NCBI GenBank assembly: GCA_965602015.1
Contig: OZ271918.1
Location: 3,744,001 to 3,808,000, forward strand
Direction of reading: 5' to 3'
DNA length: 64,000 bases
Source: Salinispira sp.
GTDB taxonomy: Bacteria; Spirochaetota; Spirochaetia; DSM-27196; Salinispiraceae
The position numbers were made by a program, and so were the translations under genes. Below the pieces are notes generated by a model that saw only the letters and a list, made by a program, of their open reading frames with translations, ran no database searches and had not been told where the DNA came from. Of the stretch, positions 52,992 to 63,768 are shown one piece after another. Positions within the stretch are counted from its first letter, which is position 1; every line of letters starts with the position of its first letter.

Positions 52992-53420
52992 CTAATAATC
53001 CCGCCCCAGCCTCCGGTACAAAAAAAACCCGCCGACGGCCAGAGCAATGAGGGCCAGAATGTACAGGGCATAAACCGACAGGACCAGGGTCCACTGCCAG
53101 CCGCCGGGCTCGGTGTCGCCGTGGGCCAGGCCGGTAAGAGTCGCAAGCAGCTGCATAAGCGGCAGAGCCGCAACCGCCGTTGCGGCGGCGGCGATGATCC
53201 AGGCCCTCATCTGTCCGCCCACTGCCGCGGCGATCAGCAAAAGCACGGCCCCCGCCAGTTCAACAAAAAACAGTTCGCCGGGCATGAGCCAGTCGAAAAG
53301 GAAGCGGCCTCGGCTGACGCTCACAATTGCCCCGAGAAGGAAAGGGGCAAGCAAGGGAAGCATTACCACAATGCCGCCACCCAGTGCCAGGGCGCGGGCG
53401 GTTTTGCGCTTCTTGTTCAT
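52992..53420 (-). CDS. Hypothetical membrane protein (about 4 TM helices)
   Basis: Hydrophobic ORF with host-like GC; start taken at MNKKRK. Confidence 0.7.
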   Translation of the reverse strand: MNKKRKTARALALGGGIVVMLPLLAPFLLGAIVSVSRGRFLFDWLMPGELFFVELAGAVLLLIAAAVGGQMRAWIIAAAATAVAALPLMQLLATLTGLAHGDTEPGGWQWTLVLSVYALYILALIALAVGGFFLYRRLGRDY

Positions 53421-53543
53421 GTATATTAATTTATCCCCTTTCTCGGCGATTTTCAGGGTTTTCTTCACAGTGACCTTCTCAACTGTTAGAATGGGTGCAG
53501 GCAGCCGGCGCAGGTCCGCGCGCCTTATAAACGGAGGGATGTA

Positions 53544-55088
53544 ATGAGCGAAGCGCAGGTGGTGAATCTGATATTATGCGGTGGAGTGGGGAGCCGGCTG
53601 TGGCCGCTTTCGAGAAAGCTTCTTCCCAAGCAGTTTTCCCGGATCCTCCGGGGACAAACCCTCTTCGAGCGCACGGTGGCCCGAAACCGCAAAGTTGCCT
53701 CATCCACCATGATCGCCGCCAATCGCCACCAGGCATTTCTCGCCTTTAATCAGATGGAAAACCTCGATATTCATGAGCATTTTGGTCTCATTGAACCGGT
53801 GGGCCGTAATACTGCGCCGGCAATCGCCCTGGCTTCCATGCTGGTGGAGCCGGAAACCGTTCTGCTCGTCACCCCGTCGGATCATCTGATAGCAAAAGAC
53901 GATGAATACGCCGCAGCGGTGCGGAACGCGGTTGATCTGGCGAAAAAGGGGCGCATCGTCACCTTCGGAATAGAACCTGAATATGCCGAGACCGGCTTCG
54001 GCTACATCGAAGCCGACAAACAGGCCGACGATCCCTACGCGGTCCGTGGATTTAGGGAAAAACCCGACGAGAAAACCGCAGCGGAATACCTCAAGGCCGG
54101 TAATTATTACTGGAACAGCGGGATGTTCTGCTTTCAGGCCGAGGTCTTTCTCAATGAACTCAAACATCACGCCCACGATGTGTACGAGGCCAGCTTCAAC
54201 GCCTTTAACAATGCCAACGGTCCCGACGCCCGCAGGAAGCGCGAACCCTGGTCGCCTATGGTTGAGGCCATGAACGCCATTCCGGCTATTTCCGTGGACT
54301 ACGCCGTAATGGAAAAGAGCCAACGCATCGCCGTGGTGCCCTGCGATATTGGTTGGAGCGACCTGGGCAGCCTGGACGCCCTGTACGACCATTACAGCGG
54401 TGTGTCGGAGCAGGTGGGAAGCGGCAGCCGGGACAGCGAGGGCCCCACGCGCAGGCCCGATGGGTCTGATAACGCATCGGCCACCGACACCGAACCGGTG
54501 TACATCAATGCCAAGCGAAACCTGGTAATCGGCGAGAAGCGCCAGGTCGCCCTCATCGATGTGGACGATCTCATGGTAGTCGAAACCCCCGACGCCCTGC
54601 TGATTTCAAAACGGGGGTCAAGCCAAAAAGTGAAAGAGGTGGTCAAAGAGCTGGAGGGCCGCGACGGTCCCGAGAGCCGGCTCACCGAGCGCTTCCCCAC
54701 CATCGAACGGCCCTGGGGGAAATACACCACGCTGTACGTGGGCGAGCACTACATGGTTCGCCGGCTGGAGGTTAAACCCGGCTGCCGCACCAGTCTGCAG
54801 CGCCACTTCAAACGGGAAGAACTGTGGACCGTGGTTGCCGGCCAGGCCCTGGTTCAGCTCGAAAAAAGCCGCAAGCACTACTACCCCGGCCAGGGAATAG
54901 AGGTGCCCATGGGCGCATTCCACCGCCTGGAAAACCCCGGCGATGAACTGCTGGTTATTGTGGAAACGCAAATGGCCATGGTGCCCGCTGAGGAGGGCGC
55001 CACCGAGGCGGTGCCGAAAAGCGAGCTGCCGAAACTTGACGAAACCGATGTGGACCGGGCGGAAGACGATTACCGCTGGCTGAAATAG
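53544..55088 (+). CDS. manC: Mannose-1-phosphate guanylyltransferase / mannose-6-phosphate isomerase
   Basis: ILCGGVGSRLWPLSR..PKQF, EPVGRNTAPA, PSDH, SVDYAVME, WSDLGS, RPWG cupin. Confidence 0.95.
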   Translation: MSEAQVVNLILCGGVGSRLWPLSRKLLPKQFSRILRGQTLFERTVARNRKVASSTMIAANRHQAFLAFNQMENLDIHEHFGLIEPVGRNTAPAIALASMLVEPETVLLVTPSDHLIAKDDEYAAAVRNAVDLAKKGRIVTFGIEPEYAETGFGYIEADKQADDPYAVRGFREKPDEKTAAEYLKAGNYYWNSGMFCFQAEVFLNELKHHAHDVYEASFNAFNNANGPDARRKREPWSPMVEAMNAIPAISVDYAVMEKSQRIAVVPCDIGWSDLGSLDALYDHYSGVSEQVGSGSRDSEGPTRRPDGSDNASATDTEPVYINAKRNLVIGEKRQVALIDVDDLMVVETPDALLISKRGSSQKVKEVVKELEGRDGPESRLTERFPTIERPWGKYTTLYVGEHYMVRRLEVKPGCRTSLQRHFKREELWTVVAGQALVQLEKSRKHYYPGQGIEVPMGAFHRLENPGDELLVIVETQMAMVPAEEGATEAVPKSELPKLDETDVDRAEDDYRWLK

Positions 55089-55096
55089 GCCGGGTT

Positions 55097-56908
55097 GTGG
55101 CGGATTTCGGCAGCATCGCGACTATTGTAACTATTGCTGTTCTCCTGGCGGTGCTCCTCAGCGACCGGATACGTCCGGTTTTTGCCTTCCTGGGCGCCCT
55201 GGGGCTCCTGTTCCTGCTTCAGATCATCAGTCCCCAGGAGGCTCTCAGCGGCTTTGCCAATCCGGTCATCGCCACCCTTGCCCTGCTGTTCATCGTCAAC
55301 AAGGCGGTGGAAAAAACCGGAATCCTCACCGACGCAGTGCGCTTCATCAGAACCGAGAAGAACTTCCGCTTCGAGTCGGTTTTGATTCTGGTGCTGATGC
55401 TTCCGGTTGCCCTGTTCTCCTCAATTCTCAACAACACTCCCATCGTGCTGCTGCTGGTGCCGGCGGTGAAAAGCTGGGGCCAGAAACACGGGGTGGCAAG
55501 CTCGAAGCTGCTGATCCCCTTAAGTTACGCCGCCATCGTCGGCGGGATGTGGACAATTATCGGCACAAGCACAAACTTGCTGATTAACGACCTGTTTACC
55601 GACTACAGCGGCAGCGGCCTCCTGTTCTTCGAACCGGCCGTGGTGGGAATTCCCCTCACGGTTGCGGCCATCATGTATATGTCCCTCATCGGCCATCATA
55701 TGCTGCCCCGCTATCAGGAGCCCGGTCAGCGCCTGCTCAACCAGACGGATGAATACCTCATAGAGCTCATGGTTCCCCGGGGATCCGGGCTGGCGGGCCT
55801 TGCCATCGAAGACGCGGGATTCAGGGACCTGAAGGGGGTGTATTTAGCCCAAATATACCGAAAGGATCAGGATCTCGGGGCTCCGGGACCATCGGATTTG
55901 CTCAAGGAGGGCGACCGCCTGGTATTTGCAGGCAATGTCCAGGCCGCCCGGGAACTGGCCAGCGAAAAACATCTAATCCCTTCGGACAGCCGAAGCTTCA
56001 AAAAAGATACCCGGGACATCCAAAGCAAACTTGTCGAACTGGTGGTCAGGGATGATGCGGGTCTGGCCGGGAAAACGATAAAACAGTCATCATTTCGAAG
56101 CCGATACGGCGCTGCCGTAGTAGCGGTCCATCGCCGCGGACAGCAGCTGGCCGGCCGCATCGGCGATATCAAGCTAAAAACCGGGGACAATCTGCTGGTG
56201 CTCACCCGGACCGACAGGGTCGTTACCCTGAGCCGTTCGCCGGATTTTTACATGCTCAACCGCTCGGCGGACGTGACCATACTCAAAACCTGGCAACGAT
56301 ATCTCATTTATATCGGCACCCTGGTAATGATAGGCTTGAGCGCATTGAGCACCATGGGTTTTGTCCTGGGGATAGGCGGGCAACCGATGGGGCTCCTGCA
56401 TTTTTCCGCCATACTGGTGGCCATCCTTTTCGCAAGCAAAACCATTACGACCAGGGAGATCCGGGAGTCGATCCGCTTCGACTTGCTGTTGATAATAGCC
56501 TCTGCCATCGGCATATCGGTCGCCCTTCAAAATACCGGAATCGCCGATCGACTGGGAGAACGGATTTTCTTCCTGACCCGATTTCTCAGCCCGCTTGGAA
56601 TCCTCATGGTGGTCTATCTCATAACAAATCTGATAACCGAGGTCATAACCAACAACGCTGCGGCTGTGCTCCTGTTTCCCATCCTGATGTCTGTCGCCCA
56701 GGTGATCGGCGTGGATAGCCGGGCCATGGTAATGGTGCTCATCGTCGCCGCCGGAAGCAGTTTCTCCACGCCAATGGGCTATCAGACCAACCTTATCGTT
56801 CAATCGGCTGCCCAGTACAAGTTTGTAGATTTTCTCAGGGCGGGCCTGCCCATGAACGTCATCGCATTTTTGATAACGATGGCAATGGTCGACATACTCT
56901 ACCTCTAA
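55097..56908 (+). CDS. SLC13 family permease with two TrkA-C domains (probable sulfate/anion transporter)
   Basis: NNTPIV, IGTSTNL, TPMGYQTN; cys gene context. Confidence 0.9.
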   Translation: MADFGSIATIVTIAVLLAVLLSDRIRPVFAFLGALGLLFLLQIISPQEALSGFANPVIATLALLFIVNKAVEKTGILTDAVRFIRTEKNFRFESVLILVLMLPVALFSSILNNTPIVLLLVPAVKSWGQKHGVASSKLLIPLSYAAIVGGMWTIIGTSTNLLINDLFTDYSGSGLLFFEPAVVGIPLTVAAIMYMSLIGHHMLPRYQEPGQRLLNQTDEYLIELMVPRGSGLAGLAIEDAGFRDLKGVYLAQIYRKDQDLGAPGPSDLLKEGDRLVFAGNVQAARELASEKHLIPSDSRSFKKDTRDIQSKLVELVVRDDAGLAGKTIKQSSFRSRYGAAVVAVHRRGQQLAGRIGDIKLKTGDNLLVLTRTDRVVTLSRSPDFYMLNRSADVTILKTWQRYLIYIGTLVMIGLSALSTMGFVLGIGGQPMGLLHFSAILVAILFASKTITTREIRESIRFDLLLIIASAIGISVALQNTGIADRLGERIFFLTRFLSPLGILMVVYLITNLITEVITNNAAAVLLFPILMSVAQVIGVDSRAMVMVLIVAAGSSFSTPMGYQTNLIVQSAAQYKFVDFLRAGLPMNVIAFLITMAMVDILYL

Positions 56909-56977
56909 AGGCTACAATGCTCGAGCTATGACCGAACCCTGTTCATTCACCTCTCTCAAGTCTGCCGGAGCTCGGCG

Positions 56978-57934
56978 ATGATTGCCGCCGATCGCGCGGC
57001 CGCCGGACTCCTTCGCCTCGGTCTCCAAGCCGGGAAGGCCATATTGGAAGTATATTCCCGGGATTTTTCCGTGGATGCCAAGGACGATAATTCGCCGCTA
57101 ACCGAAGCCGACCGGGCTTCACACCGCACAATCGCCGATGGTCTGGCCAAAATTAGCGGCGGCCAGGGCGCGCCCCTTCCCCTGCTGTCCGAAGAGGGAG
57201 ATATTCCCGCATCGGCGGTCCGTCAGACCTGGGGTGAATACTGGCTCATCGATCCGCTGGACGGGACCAAGGAATTTGTAAAGAAAAACGGCGAGTTCAC
57301 GGTGAACATCGCCCTTATGCGCCGGGTTACGGATTCCGGAAATCACAGCGCAGACCGCCGGACAGCCGGCGGCAACTGGTACCCTGCCCTCGGCCTGGTG
57401 TACGCCCCGGTTCTCGATGAGGCTTTTATCGGCTGGAGCGGCCCGGCGCCGGAGGATTCAGGGGCCTACCGGATCAACGGGCTTTCAAAGGCAGCGGAAG
57501 GCTGGACCGGCAGCGACGATTGGCGCCGGTCCGCGGAGCCCATCGCCGCGGTGCGTCAGCTCCCCGCCGCCGGCGAACAGCTGACCGTTGTCGCCAGCCG
57601 TTCCCATCTTACCCGGGAGACCGAGGCCTTTATCGCCGGCCTGACCGCCATGGGAAGAACAATAGACACCGCAAGCTCGGGCAGCAGCCTCAAGCTCTGC
57701 CGGGTAGCCGCCGGCGAGGCGCATGCCTACCCCCGTTTCGCCCCGACCATGGAATGGGATACCGCCGCCGCCGATGCCCTGTGCCGGGCCGCCGGAGCCC
57801 CGGTGCTCAAGGCCGACGGATCCGGCCCCCTGGAATACAACAAAGACGATTTGCTCAATCCCTGGTTTTTGGTAACCGGCATTCCCGCCATCGCCGATCT
57901 GCTCAGGGAACAATCAGATAAGGACGCGCAATGA
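56978..57934 (+). CDS. cysQ: 3'(2'),5'-bisphosphate nucleotidase
   Basis: KDDNSPLTEAD, LSEE, WLIDPLDGTKEF, GSSLK, PTMEWDTAA. Confidence 0.93.
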   Translation: MIAADRAAAGLLRLGLQAGKAILEVYSRDFSVDAKDDNSPLTEADRASHRTIADGLAKISGGQGAPLPLLSEEGDIPASAVRQTWGEYWLIDPLDGTKEFVKKNGEFTVNIALMRRVTDSGNHSADRRTAGGNWYPALGLVYAPVLDEAFIGWSGPAPEDSGAYRINGLSKAAEGWTGSDDWRRSAEPIAAVRQLPAAGEQLTVVASRSHLTRETEAFIAGLTAMGRTIDTASSGSSLKLCRVAAGEAHAYPRFAPTMEWDTAAADALCRAAGAPVLKADGSGPLEYNKDDLLNPWFLVTGIPAIADLLREQSDKDAQ

Positions 57935-58836
57935 AAAAATATCATTTGAACCACCTGAGGGCCCTGGAGTCTGAGGCTATTTACATTATCCGCGAGGTGG
58001 CTGCCCAGTTCGAAAGGCCCGTGATGCTCTTTTCTGGGGGCAAGGACTCGATCTGCATGGCCCACCTGGCCCGCAAGGCCTTTCACCCCGGAACCGTGCC
58101 CTTTCCGCTGATGCATGTGGATACCGGGCATAACTTCGACGAAACCATCGAATACCGGGACCAGTTCATTGAGGATATGGGCGCCCGGCTCATCGTCGCC
58201 CATGTTCAGGATTCCATCGATGCCGGGCGGGTAACCGAGGAAACCGGACCCTATGCAAGCCGGAATTCTTTGCAAACCGTCACCCTCCTGGACGCGGTCA
58301 AAGAGCACAAATTCGACGCGGCCATGGGCGGCGCGCGCCGAGACGAGGAAAAGGCCCGGGCCAAGGAGCGCTTTTTTTCCTTCAGGAACCGGTTCGGCCA
58401 ATGGGATCCGAAAAACCAGCGCCCCGAGCTGTGGAACATTTTTAATGCCCAAAAGCACATGGGCGAGCATTTTCGGGTATTCCCCATATCGAACTGGACC
58501 GAGCTGGACGTCTGGAGCTATATCGCGCTTGAGAAAATCCCCATGCCAAGCCTGTATTTTTCTCACAAGCGCAGCGTGCTGGTTCGCGACGGAGTTATTC
58601 TCGGAGACAGCGATTTCATCGAAAAGCTCCCCGGTGAAAAACCCGTCGAGAAACTGGTGCGTTTTCGAACCATCGGGGACATGACCTGCACCGGCGGGGT
58701 GGAGAGCCCGGCTTCGAGCATTGAGGAAATCATCGCTGAAATCGCCTCGACCCGGACAACCGAGCGGGGGGGGCGGGCGGACGATAAACGGAGCGAGGCC
58801 GCCATGGAAGACCGGAAAAAACAAGGGTATTTTTAA
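57931..58836 (+). CDS. cysD: Sulfate adenylyltransferase subunit 2
   Basis: [45 protein letters not shown]. Confidence 0.97.
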   Translation: MKKYHLNHLRALESEAIYIIREVAAQFERPVMLFSGGKDSICMAHLARKAFHPGTVPFPLMHVDTGHNFDETIEYRDQFIEDMGARLIVAHVQDSIDAGRVTEETGPYASRNSLQTVTLLDAVKEHKFDAAMGGARRDEEKARAKERFFSFRNRFGQWDPKNQRPELWNIFNAQKHMGEHFRVFPISNWTELDVWSYIALEKIPMPSLYFSHKRSVLVRDGVILGDSDFIEKLPGEKPVEKLVRFRTIGDMTCTGGVESPASSIEEIIAEIASTRTTERGGRADDKRSEAAMEDRKKQGYF

Positions 58837-60791
58837 TGAGCACGAAAACAACGGAAGAACTGGAATATAATATCGACGAGTACCTGAACCGCGAACTGCT
58901 GCGCTTCACCACCGCCGGTTCGGTGGACGACGGAAAGAGCACCCTTATCGGCCGGCTTCTTTTTGACAGCAAGGCCATTTTTCAGGATCAGATGGAAGCC
59001 CTGGAGAAATCCAGTCAGCTCAGGGGCGAGGGGGATGTGAACCTGGCTCTTCTCACCGACGGACTGCGGGCCGAGCGCGAGCAGGGAATAACCATCGATG
59101 TGGCATACCGCTACTTTTCCACTCCCAAAAGAAAGTTCATCATTGCCGATACCCCGGGCCACGAGCAATACACCCGGAACATGGTTACCGGCGCCTCTAC
59201 TGCCCATTTGGCAATCATCCTCATCGACGCCCGTAAAGGAGTGCTCACCCAAAGCAAGCGCCACGGCTACATCGCCAGCCTGCTGGGCATCCCCCACCTG
59301 GTGGTGGCGGTGAACAAAATGGATCTGGTCGACTGGAGTCAGCAGGTGTTCGATGAGATTGTGGCTGACTACACCGACTTCTGCGACAATCTGGATATCG
59401 ACGACATCACCTTCATTCCCATATCCGCCCTTACGGGAGACAATGTGGTCGACCGGAGCGAGAACATGCCCTGGTACGACGGGCGCTCGGTCCTCCATCA
59501 CCTGGAAACCGTGACCCTGGCGGGAGACCGCAACTTGGAGGACTTCCGCTTTCCCGTGCAGTACGTGGTGCGTCCCCACCTGGATTTCCGGGGTTTCGCC
59601 GGCCGGGTGGCGTCGGGAACCGTCCGCACCGGCGACGAAATCATCGCATATCCCTCGGGCAGGGGTTCGAAGATCAGGTCGATAGTCACCTACGACGGTG
59701 AACTTGAGGAGGCCTTCGAAAGCCAGTCGGTGGTGCTGACCCTGGAAGATGAAATTGATACTTCCCGGGGCGACATGATTGTAAAAAAAGAGAACCTGCC
59801 GGACAATTCGACCCGTTTCGAAGCCGCCCTGTGCTGGATGGACGACGGAAAAGAGCTGTCCACCAGCAATCACTACATCCTTCAGCAGACAAGCCGCCGG
59901 GTCCAGGCCTATGTGAGCCGGATCAATTACCGGGTCAATATCAACACCCTGGACCATGAGCAGGTCGATACCCTAAAACTCAACGAAATCGCCTATGTGG
60001 ACATAGAAACCGCACACCCCCTGTACTTCGACCCCTACACCCAAAACCGCGAAACCGGAAGCTTCATCCTCATCGATCCGGCTACCAACCTGACGGTGGC
60101 CGCCGGGATGATCCGCCATGAGGCCCGGGAACCCGAGCTCGAGACTTCCGCCGGAGGGGCCGCAACCATAGCAGCCGGCACCGCGGCGCCCGCCGGTTCG
60201 CCGGCCGGCCCCTCCAGCCCCAATGTCAAATGGGAGCAGACCGAGGTCAGCCTCCCGGCACGGGAAGCCAGAAACGGCCACCAGGCCAGGGTTCTCTGGT
60301 TCACCGGCCTGTCGGGCAGCGGCAAAAGCACCATCGCCAAGGCCCTGGAAAAGCGGCTCTTCGCCGAAGGCAGACAGGTGTTTATGCTGGACGGCGACAA
60401 TGTGCGCCACGGCCTCAACGGCGACCTGGGCTTCAGCGAAGAAGACCGCATCGAAAACATCCGGCGGGTGAGCCATGTGGCCCGGCTGATGTACGAAGCG
60501 GGATGTATTGTGCTCTGCACATTTATCAGCCCCCGCAGGGCCATGCGTGAGGAAGCCCGGCGGCTTATACCCGAGGGCCGTTTCCATGAAATCTTCGTGA
60601 AGGTGGATATCGACGAGGCCCGCCGGCGGGACCCCAAGGGACTGTACGAAAAGGCCGACTCCGGCGAAATCAGCGATTTCACCGGAGTCCATCAGCCCTA
60701 TGAAGAGAACCCCGAGGCAGATGCGGTTATCGACACCCAGGAGCTCAGCGTCGAGCAGGCCGTAGAGAAGCTGACGGGACTAATACGCTAG
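58836..60791 (+). CDS. cysNC: Bifunctional sulfate adenylyltransferase subunit 1 / APS kinase
   Basis: [27 protein letters not shown], then [26 protein letters not shown]. Confidence 0.96.
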   Translation: MSTKTTEELEYNIDEYLNRELLRFTTAGSVDDGKSTLIGRLLFDSKAIFQDQMEALEKSSQLRGEGDVNLALLTDGLRAEREQGITIDVAYRYFSTPKRKFIIADTPGHEQYTRNMVTGASTAHLAIILIDARKGVLTQSKRHGYIASLLGIPHLVVAVNKMDLVDWSQQVFDEIVADYTDFCDNLDIDDITFIPISALTGDNVVDRSENMPWYDGRSVLHHLETVTLAGDRNLEDFRFPVQYVVRPHLDFRGFAGRVASGTVRTGDEIIAYPSGRGSKIRSIVTYDGELEEAFESQSVVLTLEDEIDTSRGDMIVKKENLPDNSTRFEAALCWMDDGKELSTSNHYILQQTSRRVQAYVSRINYRVNINTLDHEQVDTLKLNEIAYVDIETAHPLYFDPYTQNRETGSFILIDPATNLTVAAGMIRHEAREPELETSAGGAATIAAGTAAPAGSPAGPSSPNVKWEQTEVSLPAREARNGHQARVLWFTGLSGSGKSTIAKALEKRLFAEGRQVFMLDGDNVRHGLNGDLGFSEEDRIENIRRVSHVARLMYEAGCIVLCTFISPRRAMREEARRLIPEGRFHEIFVKVDIDEARRRDPKGLYEKADSGEISDFTGVHQPYEENPEADAVIDTQELSVEQAVEKLTGLIR

Positions 60792-60852
60792 GTCCGCCAG
60801 GGTCAGGCTATCCTCTGTGGATATACTCATCAGATTCCGATAGGATAGAGCT

Positions 60853-61263
60853 ATGAATGGCGATCGGAATCAGGAAGAACTCATACGACTCATCCAGGAC
60901 CGTCTTGAGGCCGAACCGAACATCGAACTGGCGATTCTCTATGGATCCCTCGATGGAGGGGCTTTCCGGTCGGACTCCGATATTGACATCGCCGTTGCCG
61001 CCGGGCCCGATTTTGGTGTGGCTGCCATGGCCGAGATATCAGGGGCTCTCGAAGCCCTGAGCGGTCATCCGGTGGATGTGCTCAATTTGCGAAGCGCCGA
61101 AGGTTTGATACTGAGCGAAGCCATTTCAGGAAGGGTTCTCGTTGAGAATACAGAGCTTCGTCACCGATTAACCATTAAAGCGCTGTATTTTCGCGAAGAC
61201 TATCTTCCCATTATCAATCGTGAGCGCCGCGCCTCCGTCGAGAGGTTCATAAATGAAGCCTGA
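60853..61263 (+). CDS. MNT antitoxin (minimal nucleotidyltransferase, MntA-like)
   Basis: GS-x10-DID motif (YGSLDGGAFRSDSDIDIAV). Confidence 0.9.
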   Translation: MNGDRNQEELIRLIQDRLEAEPNIELAILYGSLDGGAFRSDSDIDIAVAAGPDFGVAAMAEISGALEALSGHPVDVLNLRSAEGLILSEAISGRVLVENTELRHRLTIKALYFREDYLPIINRERRASVERFINEA

Positions 61264-61666
61264 GATCATCCTCGCCAAGCTTGAACAATTAGGCCGTTGT
61301 ATTTCACGAATTGAAGATAAGCGGCCCGCATCATTCGCCGATTTCGAAGATGATCTCGATGTGCAGGATATAATCGTCTTGAATCTCGAGCGAGCAGTTC
61401 AGCAATGTGTGGACATTGGAACCCATATTCTCGTGGAGTCAGGGGGACGATCTCCGAACACAATGGCTCAAACCTTTGATGCTCTCTCTGAGCGTGGGAT
61501 TCTCAGCGATGAGCTCTCCAAGCGGCTTCGAAACGCTGTTGGCTTTCGCAATGTGGCTGTCCACGAATACGAGAAGCTGTCATATCCCATCGTGTACTCG
61601 ATAATTACCCGCCATCTCAATGATTTTCGCGATTTCGCCGATACCGTTCTCAATTTTATAAATTAG
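61253..61666 (+). CDS. HEPN toxin (DUF86/HepT-like RNase)
   Basis: GFRNVAVHEY = RX4HXY; overlaps the MNT gene. Confidence 0.92.
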   Translation: MKPEIILAKLEQLGRCISRIEDKRPASFADFEDDLDVQDIIVLNLERAVQQCVDIGTHILVESGGRSPNTMAQTFDALSERGILSDELSKRLRNAVGFRNVAVHEYEKLSYPIVYSIITRHLNDFRDFADTVLNFIN

Positions 61667-61843
61667 AAAAAGCCAATCAGCGCAGTTCAATCTGCTGATG
61701 TGTCCACGGTCTGAGCCGCGCCTTAGGGCTCAGACTGCGTAAAAGACCAAAGCACCCTTAATTGCGGCCGATCTGCGGCGCTATTGATCTATTTTTTCCG
61801 CCCAGTTAGGATGTTTTTACCCAGAAAACCAACGGAGATTAGC

Positions 61844-62782
61844 ATGAAAAGACTCGTGTCCGTCCTCGGACTGTTCGTTATCCTGGCCTCCTGTCAGGAC
61901 TTTGCCGCGATGAAAAACCTCACGCCCCAGCCAGCCGCCGATTTGACCATCGAGCTGCTGGACCAGAGCGAGGTGGTTTCGGACAACTATTACGCGGCGG
62001 TGTTTTACACCAGCTTCAGCACCACCCATCCGGACTGGCTCGATTATCTGTCGGTCACCGCGGCGTTGTTTGAGCCCTGGGATGACGAGGGCACGTATGA
62101 AGATGTCTCGGGATTTGAGATCGAAAACGGCAATCTCAGGCTCACCCATCGAATGTACCCCCTGTTCCCCTCACAGGGAGAGTACACTCTTCGGCTCTTT
62201 GCCATTGATGAAGGTGAGCTGGCCGAGACCTACGACTATAATATGGACGTCGATGTGGACGGCAGCTCTTTGCCGGTATTCCCCCGGAATACCGACTACT
62301 ACATGCAGGGGTCTCCCTACATTCTCGAGCAGGTCAGTTCGTACTCGGTTGCCGTCGATGATGCCGGCGATGCCCTGTACTTCCAGCCCGCCGACTCATT
62401 CAGCGCGGGACTGGACCTGATATATTACATCGTTTTTGGAAACACCCTGGAGTACATGGCATTTCTCGGAGCCGACGATCTGCAAGTCGGCAAGTGGACC
62501 CGACTGGCTGTGAACGATCTCGTGCCGATGCAGCAGCTCAATCGCAGCATAGACCCGACGGAATTCAGGGCTGACGACGGAACCTGGATTGTTGAATCCT
62601 ATGCGACGGTTCTTAGCCGGGAGGATTGGGGCAATTTCTTCAGATCGGAAGTCAGACCGGCTTCCATTAGCGCAGAAGTTCCGCAGGCGGCAGACACCAT
62701 CAGCCCCTCGGCTTCGAGTCGGAGTCTCCCAGTCATTCCGCCAATGGCCGTGGAACTCCTCGACGAGTATCTGGGAAAGTAA
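61844..62782 (+). CDS. Hypothetical acidic lipoprotein
   Basis: MKRLV...ILASC lipobox; GGAG SD. Confidence 0.8.
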   Translation: MKRLVSVLGLFVILASCQDFAAMKNLTPQPAADLTIELLDQSEVVSDNYYAAVFYTSFSTTHPDWLDYLSVTAALFEPWDDEGTYEDVSGFEIENGNLRLTHRMYPLFPSQGEYTLRLFAIDEGELAETYDYNMDVDVDGSSLPVFPRNTDYYMQGSPYILEQVSSYSVAVDDAGDALYFQPADSFSAGLDLIYYIVFGNTLEYMAFLGADDLQVGKWTRLAVNDLVPMQQLNRSIDPTEFRADDGTWIVESYATVLSREDWGNFFRSEVRPASISAEVPQAADTISPSASSRSLPVIPPMAVELLDEYLGK

Positions 62783-62806
62783 TACCCGATTCTCAACCGC
62801 GAAAAG

Positions 62807-62849
62807 AAAAAACCGCGCACAGCCCTTACGGCCGCAGCGCGGTTTTTTT
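62807..62849. terminator. Bidirectional intrinsic terminator
   Basis: aaaaaaccgcgc...gcgcggttttttt between convergent genes. Confidence 0.75.
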
Positions 62850-62887
62850 GTCTGTGCACCGCCGGCGTGCCGACGGCTCACCGGTGT

Positions 62888-63562
62888 CTAATACCGGTAA
62901 CGAAAACCGATCTGGGGATACAGATCAATAAGAAACTGATCCTGAATATCGCCGGCAGTGGGGAGCCAGCTGAAGCCGTAGCCCACCTCGACGGGAATCG
63001 AAAAGTGTTCAAACCCGATGATTTCAATTCCGATGCCGAATCCAAGGGTGATTCTGGGGGTGTAGTCTCCGACGGTCACCACGTCTTCGTACAGCGGATT
63101 GCCGCCCGAATCAAGCTCGCCGGTTTCCACCACATCATAATCCCGGGGGATGCGGCCGTCATGCATGATGCTGGTAAAAATATAGAGATTCCCCGCCAGA
63201 ATTTCCCGCCAGGCGTTGGAGTAGACCTTCCACAAATGGGTGAGGCCGACGTTGTAAAACAAGAGATCGCTTCCCCAGCTTATTTCAGGGCTGTACAAAG
63301 CGCCCGCCACGGCCTGCCAGCCCGTAGTGCCGTTTGTCTTGTGGTAGCTCAAGCCGATGCCGGACATGGTCCCGCCAAAAAAGCCCAGGGCCTCGTCGTA
63401 CAGCAGGTCCGGGGTCAGTTCGCTTGGTTCCGGGGGTCCAGCCGCCCTTGGCTGGTTCTCCTTGGGGTCGCTTTCGGCGAAGACGATGCCGGATGCAAAA
63501 ATTACGAAAAATAAAAAAACACACAAAGCGCGGCGATGTGTTATTCGCCCTCTCTTCAACAT
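62888..63562 (-). CDS. Exported protein, probable small outer-membrane beta-barrel
   Basis: Signal peptide (VFA|E), alternating Gly/aromatic strands, terminal YPQIGFRYRY; GGAGG SD. Confidence 0.7.
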   Translation of the reverse strand: MLKRGRITHRRALCVFLFFVIFASGIVFAESDPKENQPRAAGPPEPSELTPDLLYDEALGFFGGTMSGIGLSYHKTNGTTGWQAVAGALYSPEISWGSDLLFYNVGLTHLWKVYSNAWREILAGNLYIFTSIMHDGRIPRDYDVVETGELDSGGNPLYEDVVTVGDYTPRITLGFGIGIEIIGFEHFSIPVEVGYGFSWLPTAGDIQDQFLIDLYPQIGFRYRY

Positions 63563-63743
63563 GACGCCTCCCGAACAACATGAATTCTGTAATCTCGGAA
63601 ACAATACTATCCCGACGGCCAATGCCCGTCCAGCGGGACCTTTTATTTTATCGGAACAAAAACGAGAATGGAATTGTCAGGCGAGCAGAAAGCGAAAAAC
63701 TGACCTATGCAATTGAATTTACTTCTTCGCTGCTATAAAGTGC

Positions 63744-63768
63744 CTATTGTTCAATAATTGAACAATAG
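63744..63768. promoter_or_regulatory. Perfect 12-1-12 palindrome, candidate operator
   Basis: ctattgttcaat-a-attgaacaatag. Confidence 0.55.

Noticed and set aside
52495..53094. Short ORFs in the AT-rich stretch after the second unit
   Set aside because: No recognisable motif or clear SD; may be a decayed cassette remnant but unsupported.
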